Source of the DNA: Balanoglossus misakiensis
Lineage: Eukaryota; Animalia; Hemichordata
DNA length: 64,000 nucleotides
Assembly (NCBI GenBank): GCA_040954595.2
Contig: CM082577.2
Location: 3,367,703 to 3,431,702 of the forward strand
Direction of reading: 5' to 3'
Made by a program: the position numbers and the translations under genes. The notes beneath the pieces are model-generated. The model had not been told where the DNA came from, searched no databases, and saw nothing but the letters and a program-made list of their open reading frames with translations. Shown in pieces: positions 14,801 to 28,382 of this stretch (positions are counted from its first letter, which is position 1; each line of letters begins with the position of its first letter).

Positions 14801-16213
14801 ACGCAATCAACTCTGTCTGTCGTCAGAAATCACTCCGAATAAAGAAAAGTCAACCGCAGCCGTGATTGCTCTCTGCTTTGCGAATTAAAAGCAACACTAT
14901 TTGTCCCAACTCTTGACAAATGCCCGAACGGGATATGCGATAGAAAATCATTTCCTTTAATTTATCTTCCATTCTATACAAAAATAAACTGATAGAATTA
15001 CGATCTGGGTTTAGTTCCTGTTGTTAGCACTCTCTTCGCGTGTTGGGGGCTCATTACTCTCGCTACTGGTTCCCAAAGTAAATGCGCTTGGCAACGGAGG
15101 CGCGCGCGAGATGAATGAGAAAGTGACTCGACAGAACAATGTTCTGCGGAGGGTTTATCAATCAGCGATTTCTTGTTCGGGTTGTCGGTGATTGCCGATG
15201 ACGAGTTAAAATGAGACTCCGTTATTAGCGGGGACAAGACTTCTGCATTAGCCCAAATTACGGCGAAGGTCGTGTAATGCTTGGCTTACTTCGTGACGGA
15301 CGGGGCCGTCGAAATTGAAATACCCTCTTGAAGTGGAGTGTTTATACCCTGATGGGGTCGCGGGGGCAATATTGGCACTGGTCCAGACGTGGACAGGGTG
15401 TTTTTTTTTATCCGAAACCACTCTTCCCCCGCTTTGAACAAGAACTGTTACTTTGGCGAGAATTTCCCGGGGACGTAGGGATCGAAAGAGACGGACAGGA
15501 TAAATGGGGAAACAAGGCAATCGTTTTTACACCCGATGGGATTTGTCCCGTTGTCAATAGTAAACAAGAGCTCAAAGTTGGGCATTTAACTTCAAGAGGT
15601 CTTGTGGTGACAACATTTCCCGCCAGCTTCTGAACGTGACACTATGATTGGCAGTTCGGCTTTTCAGCGAGTTGCGCCATCTAAACCCTCGGCAATAGCC
15701 GAAGGTGGTCACGGGCGTCGCCTAAACGATTTAACCCCGGAGTTCCTGGTTTTCGCTTCTAATATTGTCTATGTAAATAGTTACTGCAGTGTCTGTCGGT
15801 TTAACGCACAAAATGGATTGACGTCTGTCAGTCGGAAGTGCGTTCAAAGACGCTCCTTGAAGAATACTCATTTTGTTAACGTAAGTATGACCAAGAGAAA
15901 AGTTCTATAGTAAACAGAATGATTTCAAGAAAGGAGCAAAGCGTCATACTTTAGACGTTTATCATGTGTCCATCAAACATGCATGGGTTTAATTTGTGTG
16001 AAAATTATTTCCGGTGGTTTTCTTCAATTAGTTGCCGCGAAATAGTGGTCGTTAGATCACCGGGACGGCGCTTTTGTCGACAAGATGTAGATCAGGGTGA
16101 CCGCGTCTTTCGTGAGAAATGCAAAAAATCATGGTCACATGCGCATTCACCCACAATTCATCCAACGACCTTGGCAAAATCTGTTAACGATATTTGATAC
16201 ATGTATATGTATT

Positions 16214-16350
16214 CATTTGTTTATTTATTTATTTATTTATTTATTCATTCATTCGTTCATTCACCCATCCATCCATCTATCCCTCTATTCGCTCGTCCAT
16301 CCATCCATTCATTCATTCAGTCATCTGTCCATTCCTTCGTTCGTTCGTTC
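16214..16350. repeat. Compound (TTTA)n/(TTCA)n/(CCAT)n/(TTCG)n microsatellite
   Basis: Direct tetranucleotide periodicity. It explains the spurious FIYL/FIHS ORFs. Confidence 0.9.
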
Positions 16351-19300
16351 ATACATTTACAAATTAGTCGGAATAGCGAAACCAATCTGGCGGAATTTAT
16401 TGCACTGTGCTCACCACAGGATTACCTAGAAAGCACCATTCGAACATCTGTATGAGAACAATCACTACACATTTTTTTACACTACCGCCATCAATGCGTG
16501 ACGACACTTGAAATCCCAAATGATCAGACGTCGAGTTACCGTATACACAAATACGGTTATAAAGCATCATTGGCGCAAATCAACACGAGACGCATCGGTG
16601 AGATTTCTTGGGCTGGTGTGTCGAATTTCGCCTTGGGCATGGGACCGTTTTTAAATAGCTCCTTTGAGTTCACTGGTTATTAAGTCCGCGTTAGTTTATT
16701 TCGCTTCATACAAAATAACGAGAGGGGATCATTAAATTTCATGTGGATAAGTGCTTCTTCGGGCCATGTTATTTCTCCACTTTCCCAATTTCAAGAAGGA
16801 TTCGGCGCGCTCCGAATTGGCCATATTTCTCATTTTTCGTGATTATATTTCACGGTTTTTGATGTCATTGTTGTCAATCGTGTTCCGTCAAGAGTCTAAT
16901 AGGACTTCCAAAGTCTGACGAAAACCATCATCCCTTAACTTTTTCGTCGGTGCCTATTTTTTGCTGATGTTGTGACTATTCTGGGAAGAGGCGAGATATC
17001 GCCCTTCAGGGAGAGATTGACGCTTCGGTATACTTCTTCTAATCCACTGTTTCACTATACAATAAACTTGATACCCGACTTATTTCATACCCATCTCTCT
17101 GATTGGTTGAAGATTCTAATATCTCCAGCAGTTGCGCCGTTGATTTTAATGAATGCACCAAGAGCCTCGTTCTCCCTGACGAACTTGTGCCGCCCTGCGT
17201 GCGTAATACGTTTTCGTTGGCGTCGACATTTTCACATACTCTGAAAAGTTCAACAGAAATATGAAAAATTGCCTCGGCTAACAACTCCAAGAATGATTTT
17301 ACAAGTACAGCTGATACAGGGGGCAAATGAGGCCGGGAAAATTATGAGCCGTTTGATCAGATGTCTTTATGGCCGAGGAAGAGTAAATTTTGATGTGATT
17401 GGTCGGGAGCCTGTGATGACTGGGAAAGAAAGGGGGATGAATGATCGTCATTACGTAAAACATAAAGGGAGAACCCAGGGCGCCCTTGTTATATATCACA
17501 CGAATTATGACATATAGCAGAATTCCCTTTGGAAATATCACCTAGATATGCGCTCCAGTGTTTTCCTGACACCTGCGTGAGAACCCCCCCCCCCCGCCAG
17601 CTGTTTTTTTGATCGTCTCCGCACCGTGGTTCTTTCTGTTGTTCGCAGACAGCGGCGTCACTTTTTTCCTCGGGGTGTACTTTTCGGGAGCTTTAACGAT
17701 ATCTTGTTCATTTTATTGTCTGGGTATAACTGTTGCTTCGTTCTGAGAGGCCTGATAAACTGGATCTCGTAAGAATCGGGGCGTACGGGACGACATTCTC
17801 CGGTGACTAAGGACAAACAACACATGCCCCCACCATGTTAAACGGCACAAAAGTTACAATATTTGTCAAGTTAAACTCCGAACATATTCTTGTTCCGTAC
17901 ACAGCTTGACTTGAATTACTTTATGCCTACCCGTTGCTACGGTAAATAACCAAGCTTCGCGAGATCTCGCAACGAGCGGGAAATGGTCTATCAAATAATG
18001 TGTGTGATCCTGGAGACTCTCACTGCTGTCTTGTGAGCCATTTTATGATGATTCATGATCACGAGACAGCGATCGCCAGATTCATTCGTCATCTTTCTCG
18101 ATAAAGCGCTAAAACAACAGAAGAATGCGCGGTAAATCTCGGTCTACGTGCTACCAACTCATCGAGGGCACATCTCAGTTGCAGATTACATCTCTGCGCT
18201 GTAAGAATGGGCATTTTCCCCTACTGTTTTGGCATGCTATCGCAGGTCGATTTTTCACTCTTAAAATGTTACCGTAAATCACAATTCTCCGAGTGGGGAG
18301 AAAACGCTGTCGGTTAATTGGGCAATTATTCAAGTGATTTTCTTGTAATGTGTACTCGCCTCAAGGTGTGACATTCCCCCCGCCTGCCAATAGTAGAAAT
18401 CGTCTCTATGCTATCATCAACAGCTATTATGAGTTAATTATTTTCAAGTCAGAAGAATGCGAGGAGGACTTTGCATATTTACTGACGCGAAGGAAACAGG
18501 GATTGGTTTTGACAAATGTGCCCGATGTCCGTCGGTGGCTGTCAGTAATTCTTCCAGCGTAATACTTGTCCATGTGTGTACGTCCCTTTGTGGACATCTG
18601 TTAGAATAGTTATCACGTGTAAAAGAGTGTTTTAATTGAGAAGAATTTTTTATCCCTCAGGGCAAAAATATTAAGAGCTAAATCTCGCCAAAATTATAAA
18701 TCGATGCAACCAATGCTGTCCTTGACTTCTAAAGGTCACGTGTGACCCCTTTTATTAGTTTTAACTATCCATTAAGCTTTTTGACATTATCCATTTCAAT
18801 GTTTTATTTTTTTTTAACTTGTCCATTCCATTCTTATGGTCAGAACGGTTTGCGTTTTTAATGAATTGTTCTGCGGAGTCATTACTGTTGGAATTATATC
18901 ATATTTTACATAAATACAATTTTACGCGAGAGCTTCGTTCAAATGAAACCATGCAAAAGATTAATAAAGATACGATGGCCATTATTTTATTTGAGCCATC
19001 AAACAATGGACAAATTGCCCGACACCGGAATTTATCGTGGAAATCTGTAACTCTCTTGCATTATTTACACCGCTCTCACCGTAAGTGGTTGTTGTAGCAA
19101 TTTTCAAATGTCACCAAAAGAGATTTATTTGGCTGTGGGGTATTTTTGGCGGCCATTCTGCAGGTGACTTGTCGTTCCCACAGCGATACCAGCGTGTCCT
19201 TTGCGGAAACTCAGTTAGCGACCGAAAACCAAAGTGCCAGATAAGCATGTTAAAAGATACGATCGATCGCGATCACTTCATCTAAGCCATTAAGTCAGTG

Positions 19301-20945
19301 TATCGTACACGGGGCTTTACCCGGAGCATTACAGAAATGATGACAGCGTACATTATATCTTCTATTAAAATGAAAATTGCCATTATCTACTACATTAAAG
19401 GTAGAGAGCAAACAATGAGGACCAGTCTATATATGGGCAAACAGTGAATTACTGTGTTTAAAGTACCGACCAAATTGCAGAAAACAGAGCATTTCCACGG
19501 ATAAAAGGTATTTAACCATAATATCTTGATGACACAAATTTCGAATTTATCGTTCAAAAAAACGGGGGAATTAATACTTTACGAGTCATTCTAAAAATTG
19601 TCGTTGCACATTTAGGTACTTCATCCCCCGCTGGACTTTATGGCTGTTTTCGTGAAAACGCAACCATTTTGGGAAAAAAGTGCTAGTGATTGACGTCATC
19701 ACGCATGTCAACTTTGCTGCGTCCCCTGTTAGGCGCGTCGCTCGCACTTAGAACCGAATCATAAATTATAGAAATGTTAGTAAGAACATGATGGCAGTTT
19801 TTTCATAGTTCCTGATGACGATGTCTTATGATCGATGGGTTTCTGTGTCAGACACGAGTTTTTGCCGAATATGCCATTATTCGTAACAAAACCACGTGTA
19901 GACTAACAAAATGGCGGACGATTTTATAGGTCATCGCTGTCCACTCTGCGCAGAATCCCCATCGTGGACGGGGGTGGCACATCCAGGTCTCCGACCCACT
20001 GTCCCCTGAAAGTGAACTCCATGTCGCCTCTTTTTATCGGTCCCATTTTAATTTCACCATGACTGGCGTGGTAATCATATGCCTTTTTTAGTTTCCGCCA
20101 TTACACGATGAAGCTTAGCAAACTGAAGGCGCCGGCGGAAGTCATAAGAACGACAAATTTGTAGTTTACTTTCCAGCTGAACCACGTGTAAATTTACCAT
20201 CGTGAATGAAAGCCCGCGCAAAAGAAATGAACTAAACGTCCGCGCGTATGCGGAACTTGATAGACTTTCGTAAAAGGTGCATGGGTGGCGCCGCAAAACT
20301 GGCAAATTTTGGCAAGAATTATGGTATATGTGTGGATTTTTAAGCGCGCTGTTTGCTTTTCGTTCTTGTGAAAAGGAAACTACCGTCCCTCAGCCATCTC
20401 AGAGTGAAAATGTACAAAAGATTGACCGCGTATACGGTAACATGTCACGGATATTAAAATATCGTTTGTTGTGTGTGGTAATCTAACGGTTTTGTTTGAA
20501 GTGTATCAGCTGAATACTAATGTCTCCTTTCTTCAGACCGTCGCCGTTTGTCTAATTAATCGCCAAATTTCTCGATCACAGAATATTCATTTAATAACCG
20601 CCATGGATTTATTTGACACGTGTCAAATCTTCTGCTCCCATGAACGTTCGCCGTAATTGGCGTCTTATAATTTATTACCTCAATAATAATGCGTGTTTTT
20701 ATCTTTTCTGTTTGCCGAGTCGCTTTCATGGCTTCAGGCGTATTTTGATCTGGTCATACGATTCAAAATGTTAACGATCAAAGAAAACTGGGCGTGGATT
20801 ATTTTTTCGAAGCAAGTTCTTCGCCTTGTGGGATAACGGTTACCACGGACGTCGGGGTAACTGTCGCGGTTGCATTTCCATATCTCACGGGCCGCATAAT
20901 AAGTTTTAACTGAAAAAGAAATGGCCCAGTCTTGACGAAACGCGT

Positions 20946-20975
20946 GATCGGGTTTAAACCGGTGTAAACCGGTTT
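20946..20975. promoter_or_regulatory. Tandem Grainyhead/TFCP2-type sites
   Basis: GATCGGGTTT-AAACCGGTGT-AAACCGGTTT: one perfect AAACCGGTTT plus CCGG-N6-CCGG spacing. Confidence 0.4.
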
Positions 20976-23441
20976 ATGAGATCGTAGTCGTGACAAAAAA
21001 ATATATTCTTGTTTAATTTTATTGATCTGTCAGTTATTGGTACTAAGCATTTTTGGTCAAATTGTCACTGTACTCTAAGTTCAAAACTATAAGTTATAAT
21101 ATAAGTCGATATCTTATCTCCACAATCAAAGCATTGAACATGGTAAATGATAAAATACTATCAAGTGACGTTGCGGCGTTTTCATACCTGTCGAGTTTAT
21201 CAATTTGAAAGGCCAACACCTCATGATCGGAGCTGTACCAGTTGATTATCGGCGCGCTCTCCGGAACTGATTGCGTTGTCATGGTGCAAAGACGTATCAT
21301 TCATCACTGCCGTCACATTGTTTCACCAGATAACGACATGTTGGTTATCAACGGTTATCGGACGACCCGCGGAAAAAAAATAAGCAGGAATATCGACCTG
21401 CACAGGAATGTGCAGCTAACGTGAAAACATTAGCTTTCATTTCCCGCCCTTTTTAGTGTCGTCTACCCGTCGTTCTCTGACAGAGAGACACATCCTTCGC
21501 ATAAATGCGACCAAGCTATACTCGAACCCGTGGTCAAGAGATCCCCCGGATGACAAGTTGAAATTGCTCGCTATTAATTACAGCAAATGGATGCCTTCTC
21601 TTTATTTTTGACAAGGTACATTCCGTGAAATGATCGAAGTCAAGATAGCGGAAGACAGGGAAATGCATTACCGCGCCGTAGACAGCTTTTTGGCTGTTCA
21701 ATTACGGAGCAAACAATTCCAATTTTGCGATACGTTTTTGGCTCTTTCTCCGACACTGACCAGCCCTACTCTTCTTGTTTTGCCTCGATGGATGTGATTT
21801 GCGACGCCGAAAGAGCTGCCATCAATCACCTGAGTCGCTAGGCAACGATATCCTACGTGCATGACAAGACCACTTGATTTGGAAACTTCCATCAGTAATA
21901 TAGTATCCCTATTTAATTTATAGTGTTGCTAAAACGATGTTTAAGGGTTTAATTAGTACAAAAATAGATTACAAACTCTTTCGTTTTTTAATTTTCGAGA
22001 AATCGCAAATGAATGTTTGCGCACTTCGTCCAAAGCATCGGGCTGATAACTGGACGCAATGGACATCCTACCTTACGTTTCACGTACTTACTTACCGTTG
22101 TTTTAGAGTTAAGTTGAGATTGTATTAGCTGGCTTGACGTTTCTACAACACGTACCATACATTCCCAAGCAGCGTAGCAGATCCTCTTTTAGCTTTCCAT
22201 GATTGATTTTTTATTATTATTGTTTACAATGCGTTAAGCGTCTAACACCCGTCCTTTGCGTGCCACCCCTTGTTATCAGAAACAACGTTTCTTCATTTCA
22301 CACCGGTGTTCCAAACGACCGACCTGAAACCGTTGATTAAGATGCATGCTGCCCTCAATTGCTGTACACTGTAAATCTCAGAAGACGTGTAAACAAGCGG
22401 GCTATTTGCACTGAGAAGAGGTTAACAAGACCAGATCCTTCGCCCATCCATCTTTGTTACTCTTGAATTATCCGGCGCGGGTGCCACGCAGAGATACGTG
22501 TGTATATGTAACGTATTATTAGAGCCCACTGTTTGCAAAATGCTTCGACTTATTTCCAGCGCCGCCCGTAGCAAAATACCCAACTTATATCACACTTTAA
22601 CCACTGTACAATCTCCTATGCGTTTTGACACATCAAGAGAGCCACTATAGGCTAATCTGACTTTATTAAGGGCATAATCGCTTTCGACTCACCTGTGCTC
22701 AAGATGGCTGGTGGACAGATACTGTGTTGAGGTTACCATGGGTAAAGATGAGTCTACAGTAGCACGATTTTCAAAGATCATCACCTCCTTAAAACATTTT
22801 GCGATTGTTGCGTGCTTTGCCGAGGAAAACCAAAATTATTGGAAATAATTGTTTACCATGGAAACAAGTATAGGCCTTACAATGGTAGGGAGTTTAAATG
22901 ATTCTTGAATGCTCTCTGCGGTCAACACAGCGCTCTTTTCGAGGCTATTAAGCATATATTATCGATTCTCTGGGAGTTCAAAACTAATTAAAATGCGCTG
23001 GAAATTTACAGCATGTCTGAAATAGAATTAAGAGGGTGCAGAGTTCAAAATGCGAGATCTTTTACGGTCATGAGGTATTTTAAGAGAGGACGTCGCCGCA
23101 TCATCCTCCGAGTATGAAGTATGCTTTTTTTCAGTGAGATTACCACAGAGAGCAATTATTACATTCTCGTCATAAAAAATCGATCAGCAGATGTTATAAC
23201 TGGGACACTTTTGCTCGGTGCTTTTGTATATGTTGAGTCGGTGTCCGTTCCGAGAGCGGACTTCTCCTCTGGGACAATTGTCTATTCATTAGCCGAATCC
23301 TATTGGGCCTACAATGATCCAACCTGATACCAGGTGTTTATTCTACATGTGAGAATGCGACATTCCATGTCTACGTTTCGTCTATAGTAAAAGCATAACT
23401 TGTATAAGACGTTATGACGTTTTACATATAACCAAAAGTAA

Positions 23442-23488
23442 CTCACACGCACAGCACACACACACGCACACACACACACACACACACA
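23442..23488. repeat. (CA)n microsatellite
   Basis: Seen directly. Confidence 0.9.
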
Positions 23489-24648
23489 TGCAGGCTGTCT
23501 ATACCTAACAACCTGTTTATTTATCTGCCCCAGCCGAATCATATATTCAAACGGCAATTTGATATACACGTATACAAAGATACACAGTACACCTCCATGT
23601 GTTGATTTATGTTGAACCTCGGGCCATTTGCAATTATTCGAATTCGCTGAATAAATGTTTTCACTCGCGGGAATTGTCAAATTTATTGTTTCGCAGAGAG
23701 TAAAGAGAAAATTCTCTCGGGCATGTAATGGGTGGCAGGCCAGCACGCTCGGTGAGAATTTGCCAGGTAGGCCACGGAACGAAGTCTGCTTTGGTCAATT
23801 AAGCATCAGCCGATGCGACAGTAATACCTCGCAAATGTTTTGTTGGCAGTTTTTTATGCACTTCGAACGTAAATCTTACTTTCCACAAGACAACCGCAAG
23901 TATAATCGATGAGGACAAACTCCGGATACCGTCATAACTGTAAATATGGGATTTGTAAACACTTAAATTATATTTTACTTAAAGTTTACGCCGCGATGAT
24001 ACACTAGTAAAACCGGATAAGTAGGTATAGGCAGGTTGGTTGGAGTGTGTGTGTTTGTATTTGGACGGGCGGGCGTGTAGTTAGTTAGTTGGGTTGCTTG
24101 TTGGTTAGGTCGGTAGATATGTAGGAGTATACTTTAGGTAGATACGAGTGCCGTCGCTAGCTCCAGAATATAAACGCTGCAGTGACACAGACGGTAGCAT
24201 TGTACGTGCGTCTAACTTCATTCGTCCCTTCGAGGCCGCAACTCCAGTGGCTTTCGCGTGACGTCATCGAACCTGTTGAAAGTGGTGACTGAAGTCGGCG
24301 GCCACGCCCTACTACTCTGTCGGCATCCCTTTGTTACATCTCCGCCGTGTTGAAAGCGTCCTATGACATAGCCTCAATTTTCCGCCAATTTTAATCCAGT
24401 TCTTTGAAGTGTTGCAGGCAGCTTTCTATATATTTGAGCGGGATTTTTTTGTTTTGCGTGGCGTAACGTGATTTCAATTTCAGAGAGTGGTACGTGTACT
24501 TTCTGCGATAAAAATAAAACGCTCTAAGTATGGTAGCTGTGTATACGTTGAAGGTGCAATTAGGCATATGCGTGTTAGATCGACTTGTGATTGCAGCAGA
24601 CGTGTAGCTATACGTGATAGTCCTCCGCTCTAATTGTAAACCGACAGG

Positions 24649-24816
24649 ATGGAATCCCTGGCTTCGGGTCTGACTGTGGGGGCGCACTCTGTCGATCGGT
24701 TGATCAATGCTGACAACATGCTGTTCGGCCCTGAGGCCTTGCGTACCGCAGCTACAAAGCCCCCCTCGCTAACGATTGCAAGGCCCGGCACTTCAGCGAA
24801 CAAAATCGGCTTCTGA
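24649..24816 (+). CDS. Candidate 55-aa small ORF (hypothetical microprotein)
   Basis: MESLASGLTVGAHSVDRLINADNMLFGPEALRTAATKPPSLTIARPGTSANKIGF*. Begins one base after a CAG acceptor (24645-24647). Upstream GTACGT donor (24490) and TATAAA (about 24169), downstream AATAAA (24984). No recognisable domain. Confidence 0.25.
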   Translation: MESLASGLTVGAHSVDRLINADNMLFGPEALRTAATKPPSLTIARPGTSANKIGF

Positions 24817-26883
24817 AAGCGCTGAGTGTTTCAACTACATCAAAAGTTGCACCACTCTCTCACAAAATGTGCTTTTATGTCTAAAGTTCTGTTTGCTTTC
24901 ATCGACGAAGTAAAGCATGTTTTGGGAGGAAGGGCGTATTTTTTTCTCTAATTGAATGTACACATGCTTTGATGACGACGCCGAATAAACGGAGCGTTAT
25001 GAGTCAACAGTTGCGAAATTGCAAAGCCCCATCCCCGCGCTTTGTCGCCGCGCACCGCGGAGAAGCCAAACAAAACTCGAGGACGGAATAATTGCCATCT
25101 TGTGTTATTTGGAATAGGTTAGTTTCAAATTGCCAACTTCCGAAAGAGACCACGTCGATAGGCAGTTAGATGTCTCGGCTTGCTAACGAGCTTCAATTAG
25201 GGAAAATCAGCATAGGAACTCACCGAAGCGCGATTGTTCGACCACTCAAAAAATACGAATACTCAATACACGTGATGACGTAGCAAAAGGGGGGGGGATC
25301 TTCTTCCAGATCTGGTTCATTGAACCGAACGGTAAATGCTCGCATACAGTTCATGGACTCGACCTATCTACAAGACGCATAGCGGCCGTTCGCATCTGAG
25401 GAGGGTAACGCAAATCCAATCTTCCAGACTTTCGAGAACGCATCCATCATGATCGCCCGTTTTTTCATCTTCAAATGATGGTTATTCCCTGGCGAGACGC
25501 ACACCTCTTTCGTATAAGGAGAAATATGAACCATCTAAACAAAATCAGTACTGTCATGTCATTTTCTTTATTATTTACACAAATCCTTTGATTCCCGGTA
25601 AATAACCTAGGCGATACATTACATGCGTTAAACACTGTAAGTCCCACAATCACGTACTTCGAAAGAACAATGATTCTGTTTCTATGTACATACATCATTA
25701 CAAAACAGTGCACAATAAAGTTTTCGCCCCTTTTGATCGCCGACAGTTTTTAATCTACAAAAGTCTGCTGGTCGAACGTTTTTCACATTGTCATTACAGA
25801 CTATAAAGTTTGTGTTGTCTTGTTAAAGAAAATCTAACATCGTCCTGAAACACAAATAACCTAGAGATTTAAGTAGCTGTAAATACGCACATACATAATT
25901 GAATGAAGCCTTGCCAGGGCTTGCAGTATTCACGAGCCGAAGTGATTGGGCACCCTCAACTCGCTGGAAATAACCTCAACTTTCATTTTGACAAATATTG
26001 TTGTCCAGGTAACGGCTATCTTTCTCGTCTGTTGGGCAATGATCGTTCAACGTTTGAAAGACGGTTCATCACCCAAACTAACGATAAACTTTTGTCGTCA
26101 CGTGCGAGCGAACTTCCTTCTAGAAATCAAAGCATATCCACTTCAACAAATCGCCGAACCGTGTTTATATTTACGGTGCGCTTCGTCAAGGTCGTTTAGT
26201 TGCGTTGTCAGGACGCCCACAAGAGTTTTCTCTTTTGTACTTCGCGAATACTGGTGCTGCATCGTTAGTTGGTGTCTGCGCTACCATGACTACTACAGGA
26301 AATTGTTCATCATCGCCAGAGAGTGAATGTGGAGAGCTTTTGATTTCAAAGCTGCAACTCCGAATGTTTTGATCATATTCGAGCCGAACAAAGGCAATTT
26401 TGTTGCCGTCTTAAAAGTTCGACAGTTAATTTTTGACGCCTTGTATTGCTAATGGCTTTGCGATGTACAAGAAGTCAAGGGTGCTATCAGACGAAAAGAA
26501 ACCATCAATATAAATATACATGTAAAGTAGCATCAATAATAATTACAGTTACTGCAAGGTATAAACATGGATTTCCAGATGCGACTTTAAACAGGATTCC
26601 TTTGGGCAAATATTCGCGCTATAGCCTATGAAATATCATTATTACGGTTTTAAAATATTAAATTCTCCTTGAATCAAGGTGTCGGGGAAACATACTTTAA
26701 GCAATTACAGATCTCGTAGTCGTCAGACTAAAAGTTATGAACATAATATGGGGCAGAAATCTCTCTTCAAGATGGTTAAAAGAGCTTAATTTTGTTTAAA
26801 CGAGCGAATTCTGCAAGTTAAACTTATTTTACATCATATTTACAATGTACACAAGCAACGTTTGTAAAGAAAGGCACAACGCG

Positions 26884-27144
26884 TCAGTGAAAACTGCCGT
26901 TGGTGGCGCTCGTCAGGAGCGCGACCAGGACGCTGATCCATCCCGCGAGAAGGACGCTCCCGCCGGAGAATGAGAGGATCTCGTAGTTGCAGTAGTCGCT
27001 GCTGCAGCAGTAGAAGCACTCGGTGACGCCCGATGCTTCCATGCACGTCGTGTCTGCGGCTGCGTCACAGGAGAGTGGCGCCGAGCCGCCGGTGTAGGTC
27101 TCGTTGCACAGTCTCGTAGTGGTGCCGTTGCTGTCGAGAACCGT
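26884..27144 (-). CDS. Mucin-Ly6 GPI protein, last coding exon (C-terminal Ly6/uPAR three-finger domain and GPI-type signal)
   Basis: Acceptor tttcag, phase 0. Encodes TVLDSNGTTTRLCNET...TECFYCCSSDYCN (canonical CCxxDxCN end), then SGGS and hydrophobic VLLAGWISVLVALL, stop TGA at 26884. Confidence 0.9.
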   Translation of the reverse strand, partial: TVLDSNGTTTRLCNETYTGGSAPLSCDAAADTTCMEASGVTECFYCCSSDYCNYEILSFSGGSVLLAGWISVLVALLTSATNGSFH

Positions 27145-27319
27145 CTGAAATGTTAAGGTGGAATGAATGAATGTAGATACATTTAGGGACTGGTCAGGGT
27201 TTTTTTCGGCCGGGGGCGGTGGATTCATGGAGGGTCTGCCTGTTTTTGAAATGGGTGACGGGGGTCACCGGGAAGGGGGGTCGTCCACTTTTTCCAATTT
27301 CAATGGGTGTCAGACTTAC

Positions 27320-27426
27320 CCAGCAGTTGTATGCGCATGTCTGATTGTATTCGGCATTAGACGAGAGATCCGAACCACAATCCTGGCCCTTGCTTTCGTC
27401 ACAGACGTAGCACACAATGGTGTCAC
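27320..27426 (-). CDS. Mucin-Ly6 GPI protein, coding exon 3 (N-terminal half of Ly6 domain)
   Basis: tttcag acceptor and GTAAGT donor, phase 1 to 0. Encodes (G)DTIVCYVCDESKGQDCGSDLSSNAEYNQTCAYNCW with the canonical CYxC start. Confidence 0.9.
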
Positions 27427-28382
27427 CTGAAAGAATAAAACGAGACTTATTTTATAAACAGTCACTTTTTTGTATTGCGTGTTGTGATATGACCTGCAAT
27501 GTCCGTGGACGTTCAAAGGTATCACCAACACTGTGAGAAATCTGGAACGTGCAAAACTTGGTGCATGTGGTGAAGGTGACGATTGGTTGTTGGCCACTGG
27601 CGGCGCTGATCAAGCAAATGCTGATATGACTTTACTGACGGATGGAATAAATACACAAAGGGAATGGCGCGTGATTTGCGTAGGGACTGGGTCTAATCGG
27701 GCAGTCGAGGAGGCGAAGATGGTTGAGCTTAAAGACCTTCTGGGTGACATTGTAGCCACAACAGTGTTGTCTTATGTTGATGGGTCACACTGAGGTGCAT
27801 TGGGTGAGAGTGGATGCATATGATAGCGGTTACGGAAATGATAGGTGCTTATATGGTGAAATCAGGGTGGTGCAGACTCTCCCACACACCCCCCCCCCAC
27901 ACACACACACATACACCGTCTACTAAAATGCCACATCCTTCGAATATGACTGAAGTAATACCATATACTTAGATGGGAAAGTTCAGTGACCTAGTTTAGA
28001 TTTCACTGCGCCACACGCATTGCTGGCTCTATGCTCCTACCATAGCAAATTTTCACAACTTTTGCGGCCTTGTGGTTCAGTCAACCGTTTTTTGTGTGTG
28101 TGCCAGTGTCGTTTTGTCAGCGACTGTACATTCTAGGTCTTTTTTGTGCGCGCACGCGTATGTGTGTGCGCGCATGTGTAATGTCACAGAGACTGTCAAA
28201 AACTTCCAAGACTCTCTGAGGTATTTTTTTTTTTAAATGAGAGAACACACGGTTTAACAGAAATGAAAAACGGTGGTCGTTCAACTGAGTTTAATGAATA
28301 CATTAGTACTTTATTTTCAATTCAAACGTATTTCTTGAATATATTCTGTGCCGCGTGTGGCACCTGGTTTCACAGTACCTAC

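Noticed and set aside
19460-19621. Possible MITE with imperfect terminal inverted repeats
   Set aside because: The TIR match is short and gapped, with no clear TSD or second copy.
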